64,000 bases of DNA, taken from positions 17,362 to 81,361 of the IMG/VR virus record IMGVR_UViG_3300020356_000001; one strand, 5' to 3'. How positions within the stretch are numbered: position 1 is the stretch's first letter; each line of letters opens with the position of its first letter. Under the pieces are notes generated by a model. That model was not told the origin of the DNA. It did not search any database and saw only the letters and a list, made by a program, of their open reading frames with translations. Both the position numbers and the translations under genes were made by a program. Shown here piece by piece: positions 45,645 through 56,700 of this stretch. Source of the stretch: a virus. Lineage: Duplodnaviria; Caudoviricetes.

Positions 45645-45727
45645 TATTTACGTTTACCTTTCTTTACCTTCTTGTATGGTACTTTCTTAGCCTTCCCTTT
45701 GGAAGAGCTAGTTGCATATTTAGGCAT
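45644..45727 (-). CDS. 27-aa lysine-rich peptide (not in ORF track)
   Basis: MPKYATSSSKGKAKKVPYKKVKKGKRK; GGAG RBS; TAATG-coupled to the holin. Confidence 0.55.
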   Translation of the reverse strand: MPKYATSSSKGKAKKVPYKKVKKGKRK

Positions 45728-45735
45728 ATATTCTC

Positions 45736-47037
45736 CTATCTATTTGCGCTCCCGAATCCAGTAGCACCTCTTTGCCCTACGACAGCACCACCTCCACCAC
45801 CGAAAGCGGCTCCACGTTCTTCAATTCTTTGTTCAACTGTATTCATAGCTCCTGTATCAACACCGAATGCAGATGCGACACCTTCTGTTTCAATTCTCAA
45901 ATCAGTATCTTCAGTTATTTTTTCAGCGTACAAAAGTTCCTGCCTTGACAAATCTCTGAACTGGCGGTACTGAGCTTCCTGAGTCATACCAAGATTAGCT
46001 ATATTCTTAGCGACACCTTTAGTTATACGCTCACCTAAAATCTGGTCAGCCGCCGCTTGAGTGTAAGCTTCCTTAGCTACCTGTTCCAAATCAGTGAAGT
46101 CCTTATTAGGATCAAGAAGAACACTAGCTAACATGCCGTCACCAGCTTGACCGTACTCGCTCATAAACCAACTCTTAACATCAACAGGTGCGTTAAGAAT
46201 CTCATCGTAAGCTATCTGCAAACGATCACGAACCTGCTGGATACTAATGTTCCCACCCATAAGTGTAGTAACAAGAGTATCAACATTACCTACAGTCTCT
46301 CCGGGTAACCATTTGTCAACGAGTTCACGTAACGAATCTTCGTACATGATGTACTCGTCAGGTGAGGGAGGGCCATAGCCTGCGTCAATAGCGGCTTGCA
46401 TTCCGGGAAAGCGAGCTTTGAATTGTGGCTGGTCCATGATTAAAAGAAGTATTGAATCTGGTGGTACTCCTGCTTGTATCTGTGTCTGCACCCAACCTGC
46501 TAATCCTGATACTTCATCGGCTGAGAAACCCCATCGTCTAAGTGTGGATGTGATTACTGCTGTGTCACCGGGAGTTCCTTTAGTGTCAGTAGTAGTACTG
46601 CTTTGAGCGCCACCACCACCTTCACCACCATATATTGGATTGCCTTCTTTGCCGCCACCAAGCATGTAATTGTCCCAGAACATGCCCCAGTTGCCTTCTT
46701 TATTTATAAATGTATCAAGTAAGCCTTGACTTTCTAGCCATGCGGCGAAACCTGCTTGGTCTGGATCAGAATAATCTATTGTATTTAAATCAGTACCAGC
46801 ATTTTGAGCATCAATAACAGCCTGTGCGCTTCCAGTAAGTTCAGTAGAAGAAGATTGTGTATTAACAAGTCTTCCTTCTTTCCAAACCATAGACCCAGAT
46901 GCCATAGCTCCTCTGTTTGCACGAGCCATTTCATCAGCTTTTGTTTTTACATCTGCTATCGCTTTATCTTGTGCCGCTTTTGCTTCTTCAGGAGTTTTTC
47001 CTTCAGCTAATTTTGCTAACTCATCTAAGAAAGTCAT
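45736..47037 (-). CDS. Putative internal virion protein (433 aa)
   Basis: Position in the ejection cluster; FKARFPG...SPDEYI.YE motif. Confidence 0.6.
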   Translation of the reverse strand: MTFLDELAKLAEGKTPEEAKAAQDKAIADVKTKADEMARANRGAMASGSMVWKEGRLVNTQSSSTELTGSAQAVIDAQNAGTDLNTIDYSDPDQAGFAAWLESQGLLDTFINKEGNWGMFWDNYMLGGGKEGNPIYGGEGGGGAQSSTTTDTKGTPGDTAVITSTLRRWGFSADEVSGLAGWVQTQIQAGVPPDSILLLIMDQPQFKARFPGMQAAIDAGYGPPSPDEYIMYEDSLRELVDKWLPGETVGNVDTLVTTLMGGNISIQQVRDRLQIAYDEILNAPVDVKSWFMSEYGQAGDGMLASVLLDPNKDFTDLEQVAKEAYTQAAADQILGERITKGVAKNIANLGMTQEAQYRQFRDLSRQELLYAEKITEDTDLRIETEGVASAFGVDTGAMNTVEQRIEERGAAFGGGGGAVVGQRGATGFGSANR

Positions 47038-48032
47038 TGAAACATCCTGCTCAATCCAGTGCCAATAGCACCAACTTCTCTCTTATAAATATCAGAGTTA
47101 AGGAACCTGTCATCCTGCCTTGCGTACAACTTAGCTTCTTTCATAGTCATAAATCTTTTCTTCCCGTCATCACCAGTAATAATAAGATTGTCAGCACCTA
47201 TATCCATAAGATCTATTTCATTATCTCCAAGATCCCAGTACTGACCAAGAGTTCTTTTTACTCCATCCAACCTGTCAGACAAAGTAGTCCCATCAGTAGC
47301 GTAAGCTTCTCCGATATCAAAGTCGTCTACACCCCAGTCATTAGCCGCAACAGTATTGATACGTTGCAACGCATTGTCCATAGTGTTCTTACCTGTTGTG
47401 ATATCCCAAGCCCATTGCCAAGCATCAATAGCGTTATCGCCTATGAGTTGCTTGTTAGCTAACCCTTGTAGTCGTTTAGCTAAACGATTAATGCTACCTG
47501 TGGTTGGTTTAGAAGTAGGATCGTACTTTATTTTAGCAAGTTCCATTTCTATTTCTTCTGCCTGCCAGTTACCCATCACAGCATCTTCGCTGTATTCGGC
47601 GAGTTCTTCGTCTGTTAAAGAGAACCCTAAAGCTGTAGCAGTGTTTCTAATTCTGTCTTTTTGTTCTCGAATACGGTTGTCGTAATCTGCACGATCTGTA
47701 ACTTTTAGTATTAAAGCCGCGCGTTCTTCAGGTAGATGTGTTGTGTACCATGTGCTGTTACGAATCACATCATCTAAATTGTTTATCAATACTTGTTGAG
47801 CTTCAGGCTGATCCCATATTGCGTTTGATTTATCTGAATACTCGTCATACCAATCAGATAAACTATCTATCAATCCTTGATCGCCGAGCATCATTATGTA
47901 CTTGTACTGAGGGTATATTTCTAACCATTCATCAAGATCCAACTCTTCTTCAACAGGTATTTCAGGTGGAGTAGATCCAATAACACCTATACCACCACCT
48001 TCAACGGGTCTTCCTCCCGGAGTAAAAGACAT
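47034..48032 (-). CDS. Putative internal virion protein (332 aa)
   Basis: Coupled ORF in the ejection cluster. Confidence 0.6.
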   Translation of the reverse strand: MSFTPGGRPVEGGGIGVIGSTPPEIPVEEELDLDEWLEIYPQYKYIMMLGDQGLIDSLSDWYDEYSDKSNAIWDQPEAQQVLINNLDDVIRNSTWYTTHLPEERAALILKVTDRADYDNRIREQKDRIRNTATALGFSLTDEELAEYSEDAVMGNWQAEEIEMELAKIKYDPTSKPTTGSINRLAKRLQGLANKQLIGDNAIDAWQWAWDITTGKNTMDNALQRINTVAANDWGVDDFDIGEAYATDGTTLSDRLDGVKRTLGQYWDLGDNEIDLMDIGADNLIITGDDGKKRFMTMKEAKLYARQDDRFLNSDIYKREVGAIGTGLSRMFQ

Positions 48033-48892
48033 TATTCAGACTCCTTTAACCAAGCGTTATTAAACCGTTTCTTAAACGCTTTATCATCAGGGTAAGCGGT
48101 AGTAGCACCAGCTTTACCCCCACGCCAAGCACTAGCAACCCTGTTCCAATCCTTATACTTATCGAAAAGAATCTGAGACATACCAGCCGCTACACGATCC
48201 TGAGTTATCTTGTCAGGTGCAGTAATAACACCAGTAGTCTCATCCTTTTGAAGTGGAATTTTCTGACCGAACACCTGTTCAGTCCACTTATCCCAATGCT
48301 TAGGAAGAATCTGCCAACGTCCAACAGCACCAGTATCAGGATCAACAGCACTGTAATTATTATTAGAAGTAATAGAACCCATCACACGCAAAAACTTTTT
48401 ACTAGCTTCATCTATAGGAATACGCCTGTTGTTAGTTTCTCTAGAAGCATTCATTACTTCTTGATCCCCGTAATGCATTTCACCTAACACACGATCAAAC
48501 CCTCTAGCAATACCCTCATTGCCATCAGCGATAGACTTACTCAAATACTTATCCGCTTTTACACCAGGAGGTTTAAGTACACCTTCGCGTAAACCTAAAG
48601 GTTCAACATGCCAAGGAGTATTACCATCAAACTTTAAACCGTGTCTCACTGCTATACGTTTAGCTCTCTCCATTTTATGAGGAGGGATATGCACAGTTGC
48701 CGCAAGACCATCAACGTAAGGGCTTTCTTCAGCAGTAGTCCAAGGAACACCAGCAGGGTTAGTGGCACGAATGCCGTCTATGATCTGCTGTTCTTGTTCA
48801 GGTGTTGTAACACCACGAATAACTTTACCGCCTACATCATCAATCCACCTGTGTAGATTGTTTTCAAATGGTTCCCAAAGTGTGTCTGCCAT
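48032..48892 (-). CDS. Virion protein with degenerate M15-like and lysozyme/SLT-like domains
   Basis: HGLKFDGNTPWHVEP and NNNYSAVDPDTGAVGRWQILP..W motifs; catalytic positions appear substituted. Confidence 0.6.
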   Translation of the reverse strand: MADTLWEPFENNLHRWIDDVGGKVIRGVTTPEQEQQIIDGIRATNPAGVPWTTAEESPYVDGLAATVHIPPHKMERAKRIAVRHGLKFDGNTPWHVEPLGLREGVLKPPGVKADKYLSKSIADGNEGIARGFDRVLGEMHYGDQEVMNASRETNNRRIPIDEASKKFLRVMGSITSNNNYSAVDPDTGAVGRWQILPKHWDKWTEQVFGQKIPLQKDETTGVITAPDKITQDRVAAGMSQILFDKYKDWNRVASAWRGGKAGATTAYPDDKAFKKRFNNAWLKESE

Positions 48893-50781
48893 TAAAACCC
48901 TACTTTTCCTGTGCTAGCAATAGACCGCAAAACATTACTTATAGCGGCACCCATATTAGGATCGTAGTTCTGGTTGTCAGGTAGATTCAAAGCATCAATA
49001 GCATTTTGAGCCATATCACTATGTATATCTTGTGCAGTTGTATCAACTGGTTGTGCAGTTAACCAATCTACACCAGCCGTACTACTCATAGAATCTACAA
49101 GAGCTTGTATACGAGAATCATCATACCCGTTAGTAGCACCTGTAGCTTTACCAAACGTGTTGTTAAAAGAACGAAGAATATCTGTATCAGATTTACTTCG
49201 GCTAGGGTCATTAGGATCATAACCTGCCATATCGAAATGGTATTTCATAGCTGACCTAGCTATATCAACTGAATTAGCTTCAAGCTTGCTTCTAATCTGT
49301 TGCGCTCTAGCGCGCTGATCGGCAGGTAATTTACCGACAGGTGTTGAAAGAATACGCGCTTCTTCTTCTGTTATATGCCCGGACATTAAAGCCCAATGGC
49401 CGTAATCATTGTTTGAATTAGCACCAACAACAATACTGTCTGCCCAGTCGCTTGCGAAAGTACCATCCGAATAGTAGGTAGCAAGCAACTGTTCAATTCT
49501 TTCATTATCAGCGGCTTGACCAGCTTCTGATAAAGCAATTTGGTCTTCACTTGAAAGATTTGCAAATCCTTCAGACATAAAAGAATTGAAAAGTTCCTTA
49601 CCTCTTTCAGTAAGAACTGCACCTGATTCATCTAATGCAACTGTTAAAGCTTGTTGCCCTATCTGTCCAGCATTATTAATCATCATGTTACGAGTCTGTC
49701 TTATCGCTTCGCTATCAGCGTCACTTGTTATTTGTCTATGGCGAGCAACATTTTCTAAACGCTTTTCAAAAAGAAAATCGTGTACAGAATAATCCCCACC
49801 ATTATTTACTTTTGCTTTTAACAAATCGTGAGTAAAATTTAACACCGCTTGATGAGTAGCTTCATCAGAAGTTATACCAAACTTAGGCATTAAACGCGCC
49901 CCGTCTTTAGTGTCAAAATATCCAAGCTCCTGCAATCTTGACTGTATAAGACTCATCTCTTGGCTATCTAAACTTCCTAACCTCTTTACTATTTCTTGTG
50001 GGGCAAGTGACATGCCAGAAATTAAATCATCCAAACTGTCAATAACACCTTGTGGAGTGCCATCGAAAGTTATTTGGATAAAGTCTTGGAATTGTGTCGG
50101 ATCTTTTTCTATTTCTTCGACAAGCGCAGACATATCTTCGTCAGTAGTAGTCGCTAACATTCCTGCAACCGTTCCAGTAGCTAAAACAAATCTGCTGTTA
50201 TGGCGAAGATTCTCAATGTAATCATTAATCATTTGTTCTTTTACTTGCTCTGAGTTGTAAAACTCTTTTTCAAAATCTTCAGGCGTGTACCCAAAAGTCT
50301 TTTCAAAAATAACATCTGTAGACAAAATCCTTGACATTTGCATTACGCCTTCGGGCTTACCTAAATCAATTCTTTGAGCGCCATCAGCTTCCATAAAGTG
50401 CTGTCGGCTACCAGTACCCATCATGGATTCCCAAAGGCTGTCAAGAGTTCCAGTACCGCTTGTCCCACCTAACGTAATAATAGATCGGTCAGATAAAAAT
50501 GCTATGAACCTTTCCCAATTTTTATCTGGTCCTTCAAGCTCTGCCACAATGTTTTTTGCTAAAGCTAGTTCATCTGTAAGCCCAAGATCTTTAGGCAAAT
50601 CTTCAAGTTCAGGATATTGAGCGCGAAGTTCAGCTATAGTTTTATATCCTGATGGAGAAGGTTCATCCGATCCATCAATACCAACTAAATCTTGTGCTAG
50701 TTCGGTTACATCCCCAATAGCGTCTGCAACATTTTCTACAATACCTGGAATCTTTACCATTACAACGTAACTCCTGTCCAC
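48892..50781 (-). CDS. Putative internal virion protein (629 aa)
   Basis: Directly downstream of the giant protein. Confidence 0.6.
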   Translation of the reverse strand: MDRSYVVMVKIPGIVENVADAIGDVTELAQDLVGIDGSDEPSPSGYKTIAELRAQYPELEDLPKDLGLTDELALAKNIVAELEGPDKNWERFIAFLSDRSIITLGGTSGTGTLDSLWESMMGTGSRQHFMEADGAQRIDLGKPEGVMQMSRILSTDVIFEKTFGYTPEDFEKEFYNSEQVKEQMINDYIENLRHNSRFVLATGTVAGMLATTTDEDMSALVEEIEKDPTQFQDFIQITFDGTPQGVIDSLDDLISGMSLAPQEIVKRLGSLDSQEMSLIQSRLQELGYFDTKDGARLMPKFGITSDEATHQAVLNFTHDLLKAKVNNGGDYSVHDFLFEKRLENVARHRQITSDADSEAIRQTRNMMINNAGQIGQQALTVALDESGAVLTERGKELFNSFMSEGFANLSSEDQIALSEAGQAADNERIEQLLATYYSDGTFASDWADSIVVGANSNNDYGHWALMSGHITEEEARILSTPVGKLPADQRARAQQIRSKLEANSVDIARSAMKYHFDMAGYDPNDPSRSKSDTDILRSFNNTFGKATGATNGYDDSRIQALVDSMSSTAGVDWLTAQPVDTTAQDIHSDMAQNAIDALNLPDNQNYDPNMGAAISNVLRSIASTGKVGF

Positions 50782-53700
50782 TCACGATCAGGTATAATCT
50801 TCGGTGCAATCCTTATAAGCCCTGCTCTAAACTGACCAACCCATTCCTGATTCAAATAAGGGATAACAAGGTTATTTAACAAAGGTTGTAGATGCGGTTT
50901 GCCTGCCACTTTTTCCTCAATTCGTCTTAAAAAGAATGCTTTCACAAAACTCCTATAGTCTTCAACATTTGGTCTTTTATTAATAACTTCCAATTCGTAG
51001 TTTAATCTAACAATGTCCATCATTACATCTAAAATCTCATTCTTATAAGGTGAATCAGGTATCATTTCAGGGTTTCTAACAATCTTTCTAAACTCTTGGA
51101 ACGTAGCTTCACGCCTTATAGATGAACGTCCCTTCTGAGTTTCAACAAAGAACACAGGATGTCTGTCCATGAAACCTTTATCCCAAATATTGAACCTTTC
51201 AGTAAGTTCCTTAGCCGCTTTCATTTGATTCTGTGATTGTAAAACTGCAACAGCATAAGCATTGCGTTGTTTACGGTCATAATATTCTGAAGCCGCGCCA
51301 TTAAAATAGAAATCTTTAACGTATTCTTCTTTGCTTTTAAGTTCTCTTAAACCTTTAGCTATCTGACGTTGCTTCCAACCCCAAGCCATGTCTTCGTTGT
51401 ATTCCAAACCAACTTCGTAAGGAACTAAGAAGCTGGTTGAATGAGGGAAATTCATAGCCCATTCACCGTTTTCTGTTAACCATTTATCAACAGCCTTACT
51501 TTGTTGTGTGTAACCAACACCTGTTTTTTTGCTGGTACCAGTCTGGAAGAGAGACATCTTTGTTTGAGTTTCCCAAGAGTCTTTATCAAAATCTTCATCA
51601 TACTTATGGTTGTCATAGAACATCAGCAAAGCTTCATCATGTGTCCATCCTTGCTGAATGTACCAATGCAACTCAGAGTTCCAATCCCAAGCATCACCGA
51701 AACGTAAATCTTTGTTTGTTCCTTTACCTGTACCTAAGAACCATGTAGTGAAATTCATGCCCATTATCTGTTGCGCTTCATGGTCTAACTGTTCCATGAA
51801 CTCTTCATTGAACAAATCAGGGTCTTCTTTTCTGGATATCTGATCTTGTGTAGGCATACGCCCTGTTGCTTGACGAAGTTTAACTGCTTGTATTTGTGCA
51901 GAAGCGAACTGTTCTCCCCTGTTCCAATGCTGTTGTGTCATAATTAATCCCTGAGATATTGGATAAGGGAAGAAAGCATCAAGGAAATCATGCAGTTTTG
52001 AATTACCAGCATCTTCAGCATCTCTATTGTCTGCTACATAAGCAAACCGTTCTTGCATGAAAGGACTTATATCTTCAAAAATTGTAGGATCAGACACAGC
52101 TAACCGTGTCAATGGGTAAGAAATAAACGGTCCGACTTGTGGCCTGCCAACAGTTTCTAAATCGTATCCTGGCATAAGTCTGTCAAGTCTGAACATTTGG
52201 TCAACTGTAGGTATGCTTGCTACACCTGCAAGATATCCACCTATAACTGGTATTTCATGTAAAGCATCCATTAAAACTTGACTTGACGGCAACGTAGCAG
52301 GAATAATCAAGTACCTTCTCCCATTCTGATCTTCTCTAACAAGCCCTGCTTTTTCACCGCCACGAATAGTTAACTGAAGATTACGTAACATCAAAGGATT
52401 TTGTGTCAAGCCTCTAACCCAACGTCGTAAATACAAATCTTCAGCAAACCAGAATGGGATTAATGATCCCATCATTTCTTGGAATTGTGACCGTATACGA
52501 TGATCGTCAATGAATGAAGCTGTAACTGAACCTGCTTTTTCCATAGCATGATTGACACGGTTCTGATGTGCGTTGAATCTACGGTTAGAGTATTTAGTTA
52601 ATTCTCTAATAGCTCCTGCTTTATTATTACTCTTTTCTATAAGAGCTTTCATAAAATCAAGATCAGAGTTTCTTGCTATAAGTTCTGCAACTTGAGCGTG
52701 ATCGCCTTGAGACATAGCATAAGCAACTCTTGACAATGCATCATTGGGATCTAACGCTTGGTTAGACCATACGTGCTTAATGAAATCTTCCAACTGAGGA
52801 ATAATATCTGCTTCATCTACAGTGGAGAATAATCCAAGCTTGTTTAAAATAGGAGATTCTTTCGCGGCGTTAATCATGTATGTGCCTTCAGTTTTCTCAT
52901 ACAATCTCCACGCTTCAGCAAAGTAATGAGTGAACATTGGTTCACGTACCATAGCTTCCATAGCAGGATGAATCACACCATCGAACCATGCGGTAAGAAC
53001 TTTATTCCAAAGGTAATCAAACTTTTGTTGCCCTTTAAATTCGTGCGCGCCTACTCCTATTTCTGCATAAATACTTTGCGGTAGATCAGAACGTTTCCCA
53101 TTAGCCATTAAGCGAGAAGGAATAACCTCGTCATCTAAAAGTTCAAATAAGATTTCATGCATAGCAGTTTCAGATGTTTGAGATAAAGTTATTTTCTTTA
53201 ACCCTTCCAACTGGACTCGTGCCATATCTTCAACCATTGCATCAGTGTCGTTTAACACTGTGTAAAATTCGTCAGCTATTTCCCAATCGTCAGGGTTGAA
53301 ATCTTTGTTTGTGTAATTTGCTTGAGATGTGTAATATTCCGTTTTCCCAGTCGTAGGATCTTTACGCTTATATGTTCTCTTTAAAATAACTTGAGGAACA
53401 GAATCTTGTATCTGTACCACACCTCCGGGTTGAGCAAGAACGTCTTGTGCTACAGCGAACACTGATTGGTTTTCAAAACCACCGACATCTTCAGGAGAGA
53501 TTATGCTTCCGTCATCTCCAACAGTGTAAAAAATTCTTGAACCATTTGGTTCTATACCAGCTACTTCTGAAACAACTGTTCCATTCTGATTCACACGAGG
53601 CGTTGTACCATACTGATTAGTTAACCGAGCTTCAGTAAGACCCGGCTTAGCAAAGAAAGCATCCGAACTAATATCCCTTACTTCTAATTTAGGTCCGATC

Positions 53701-56700
53701 CAATCAGTACCAACCCCTGTACCTGACCGTATTTCAGCTACCTCACGTAAGGCTTCATCTATAGCTTCACCTATTGAATGAGCAACGTGAGGATCAGATG
53801 ATGCAGTTAACAAAGGTATATGTGTTTGTTCAGCCGCTTGACTGAAACCAATCATGTCTTCAAAAGAACCAATCGTTCTATTCTGATAAGGAGTAGCTGA
53901 AGGATGTATAAGACTCAATACTTTGTCAGCTACCTTTTCTCTATCAGGTAAAGTTTGAGGCAATCTTCTCATCAATTTTCTGTAGATAGCATTTTGTATA
54001 TGTATAACAGAATCAGGATCTTGCCCTGCCATAATGAAATAATCAGCAAGAACACGTATAGCTGGTTCAGAAAGTTTAGGAGTCCAAACACGAACCGCTC
54101 CTCTTTGTGGAGGAGCCATGCCTGTTTGTCCTGCTATACCATGACCACCTAATTCATAAGCAACCATTGAATGAGCCAACTGTTGACCTTGCGGACTACG
54201 CATATATGTTGTATTAGCGTCATGTGCCAAAGCTAAAACTTCATCAAGATTAGAACTCATTCTTGTAGAATCTGGTGCTATTAAACTCATAGCCATTAAA
54301 CGAGACATAGCAGTGCTACCTGTCTCATCACCTAATCTAGCTATCATCCAGTCTTGATTAATTATAGATGTCCAAAAATTCACATCAGTTTTACTAGGAG
54401 TCTTTGGATCAGTTAACAAACCTACAAAAATTTCCATAAGGTTATTATCGTCACCTACATTATTAGCCCAGTTGTCGAACTGTGTATGAAAATGTGTAGG
54501 CGCATCAGCATCAGGCGACAACGTAAGATTACCTGTGCCATTATAAAGTTGTTTTAATGCTCTTCTTTCTTGAACAGATAATCTTTCTATTATGCGAGCA
54601 ACTTCACGACTTGCACCTATCGGATCATCAGCATCAAAAACAATACCTAGCTCATCTAAAATAATTCGGTTTGTTCTTTCAGCTTGAACACTAACATATT
54701 GAGATAACTCTCTAGCCATAAGAACATGCGCTGGACTTTGACTCATTTCAACTAATTGTGAATTAAGACCGTTCCAATAATCTAAAGTTCTGTCTCCATC
54801 CTTATCAACCCAAGTAAAATCTGATCCCGCATAATTTAAAGGTATACGATGTCTAGCTTGTATAGCCTTACCGAATCCACCTGATCTCATAGCTTGATCT
54901 AATGAATGTTGAGGATTCAAATACGGATCGTAAGTATTAAACAGATCGCGCATAAACGAATCTCGTACACTTGGATGCGATAATAGAATATCCATTGCGT
55001 CCATGTGCGCTTCAAATTCTGTTTCATCAGTTAACTTCTTACCGAACCATTGAGCAGTAGCCGCTTTGCTAGGTAACCCTGCGCTATTAGCGAACTTGTG
55101 CATTACCTCACTTGATCGTGCCGCCGCCCACTGACCTAACACCCAGTTACGGTAAAAAATTTTACCTCTTATAGTTGACGACATTTCAGAACGCACGATT
55201 TTTCTATTGTCTTCAAACATTTTGCGTTGAGTTTCCCAATCAGAGAATTGGAACTTTCGTCTTTTAGTTGGGTCGTCAGTTAAACGTTTCAAAGTTTTAC
55301 GTGTAACTGCAATATCTCCAACACCGCTTATTTCTGATGCGAAACGAAGCGGAGCCGTAAGTAATCCCATAAATTTATTGTGATGAACCTCACCCATAGA
55401 TTTAAGGTTCAGATTTGCTATTTGTTTAAGATCAGAACCAACAAGCAAATCTTCATATTCGCCTTTACGAATACGTTTTCCTGTTACAGGATCAAATACA
55501 TCATGGACTGCTCGACCTTTGTAAACAGGGATCTTGGTTCCATACTGGTCGAACATTACTGTTCTTCCATTAACTACTCGTGCTAAACGACCACGTATAG
55601 TTGCGCCCATCCCTTCGCGTAAAACAAACTGTAAAAGCTCGTCGCCACCATTTCTCGGAACGTAACCAAACCGTAACAATACTGATGGTCGCCAAACTTT
55701 ACTGAACATTTTATCAATAGTGGGCAAGCTCATAGCCCAACCCATATGTCGAATGAATCCCATGTACCTAGCGATACCTGCTAGTTCCCGAAAATCAGGA
55801 ATGATATTCATTTTTGACAACTGGGCTGATTGAGCAGGCCCCGGAACTACCGCTCGTTTAACTTCAAACCCACCAAAGAAATCAATATTGTCTTGCCTGT
55901 TAATGTCATATACATGATCTGCTTTGCTAATGAAACGTCGCATGAATGTTTCAACTTTTGGACCACCATGCAGTATCGCTCCTGATCTGGCCATGAAATC
56001 CATAAGGAACTCGACTTGCACATTCCATCTTTGAGCTTCCGTTCCATTAATGAACGTGTGTTTAAAATGTTCAATAACTTCACGAGGCATGTCAGCAAGA
56101 ATGCCCATCTCTACAAGAGCATCAAATTCTTTCAAAGCAGTCTTATCATCCAAAACATCAATAATATTATTTAAAGGAACATGCGTTGTAAGTTTCTTAG
56201 CTAGTTTCGCTGGGTGATACATAAGTTGCACAGCGACTGCTTTAACATGATCTCCTACACCTAACGCACCAGCTTTAAGACCACCTATCAATTCATAGTT
56301 TCTACTTCCCGGCTTGTGCCTAGCATGTTCAAGATAATTATTGTAAACACGGAACCATCCACTGAAAGTTTCAGGGCGTTGACCTGTCTTAATATTTTTC
56401 AATACATCTTGGTCAGCAATATTTATTCCTTGATCTGCATAGAAGTTAAACAACTCGTCAAACATTGATTGCTTTGATGCATAATCAACAAATTCTTTCT
56501 TTAAAGTCTCAGCAGTTTTAATAAGATCTTCTACTTGAGCAGGATCGCTAATACCCATACTTTGCAGAAGCCGACTATCAACAGGCCCATCAGCAGTCGA
56601 TTGTAAAATAAGACCAATCGACCTAGCATCTAATGGTTTTTTAAGATCCTTAATCACAATACGATTAGCGTCACCTACAGGTAAATTCATACGATCAGAT

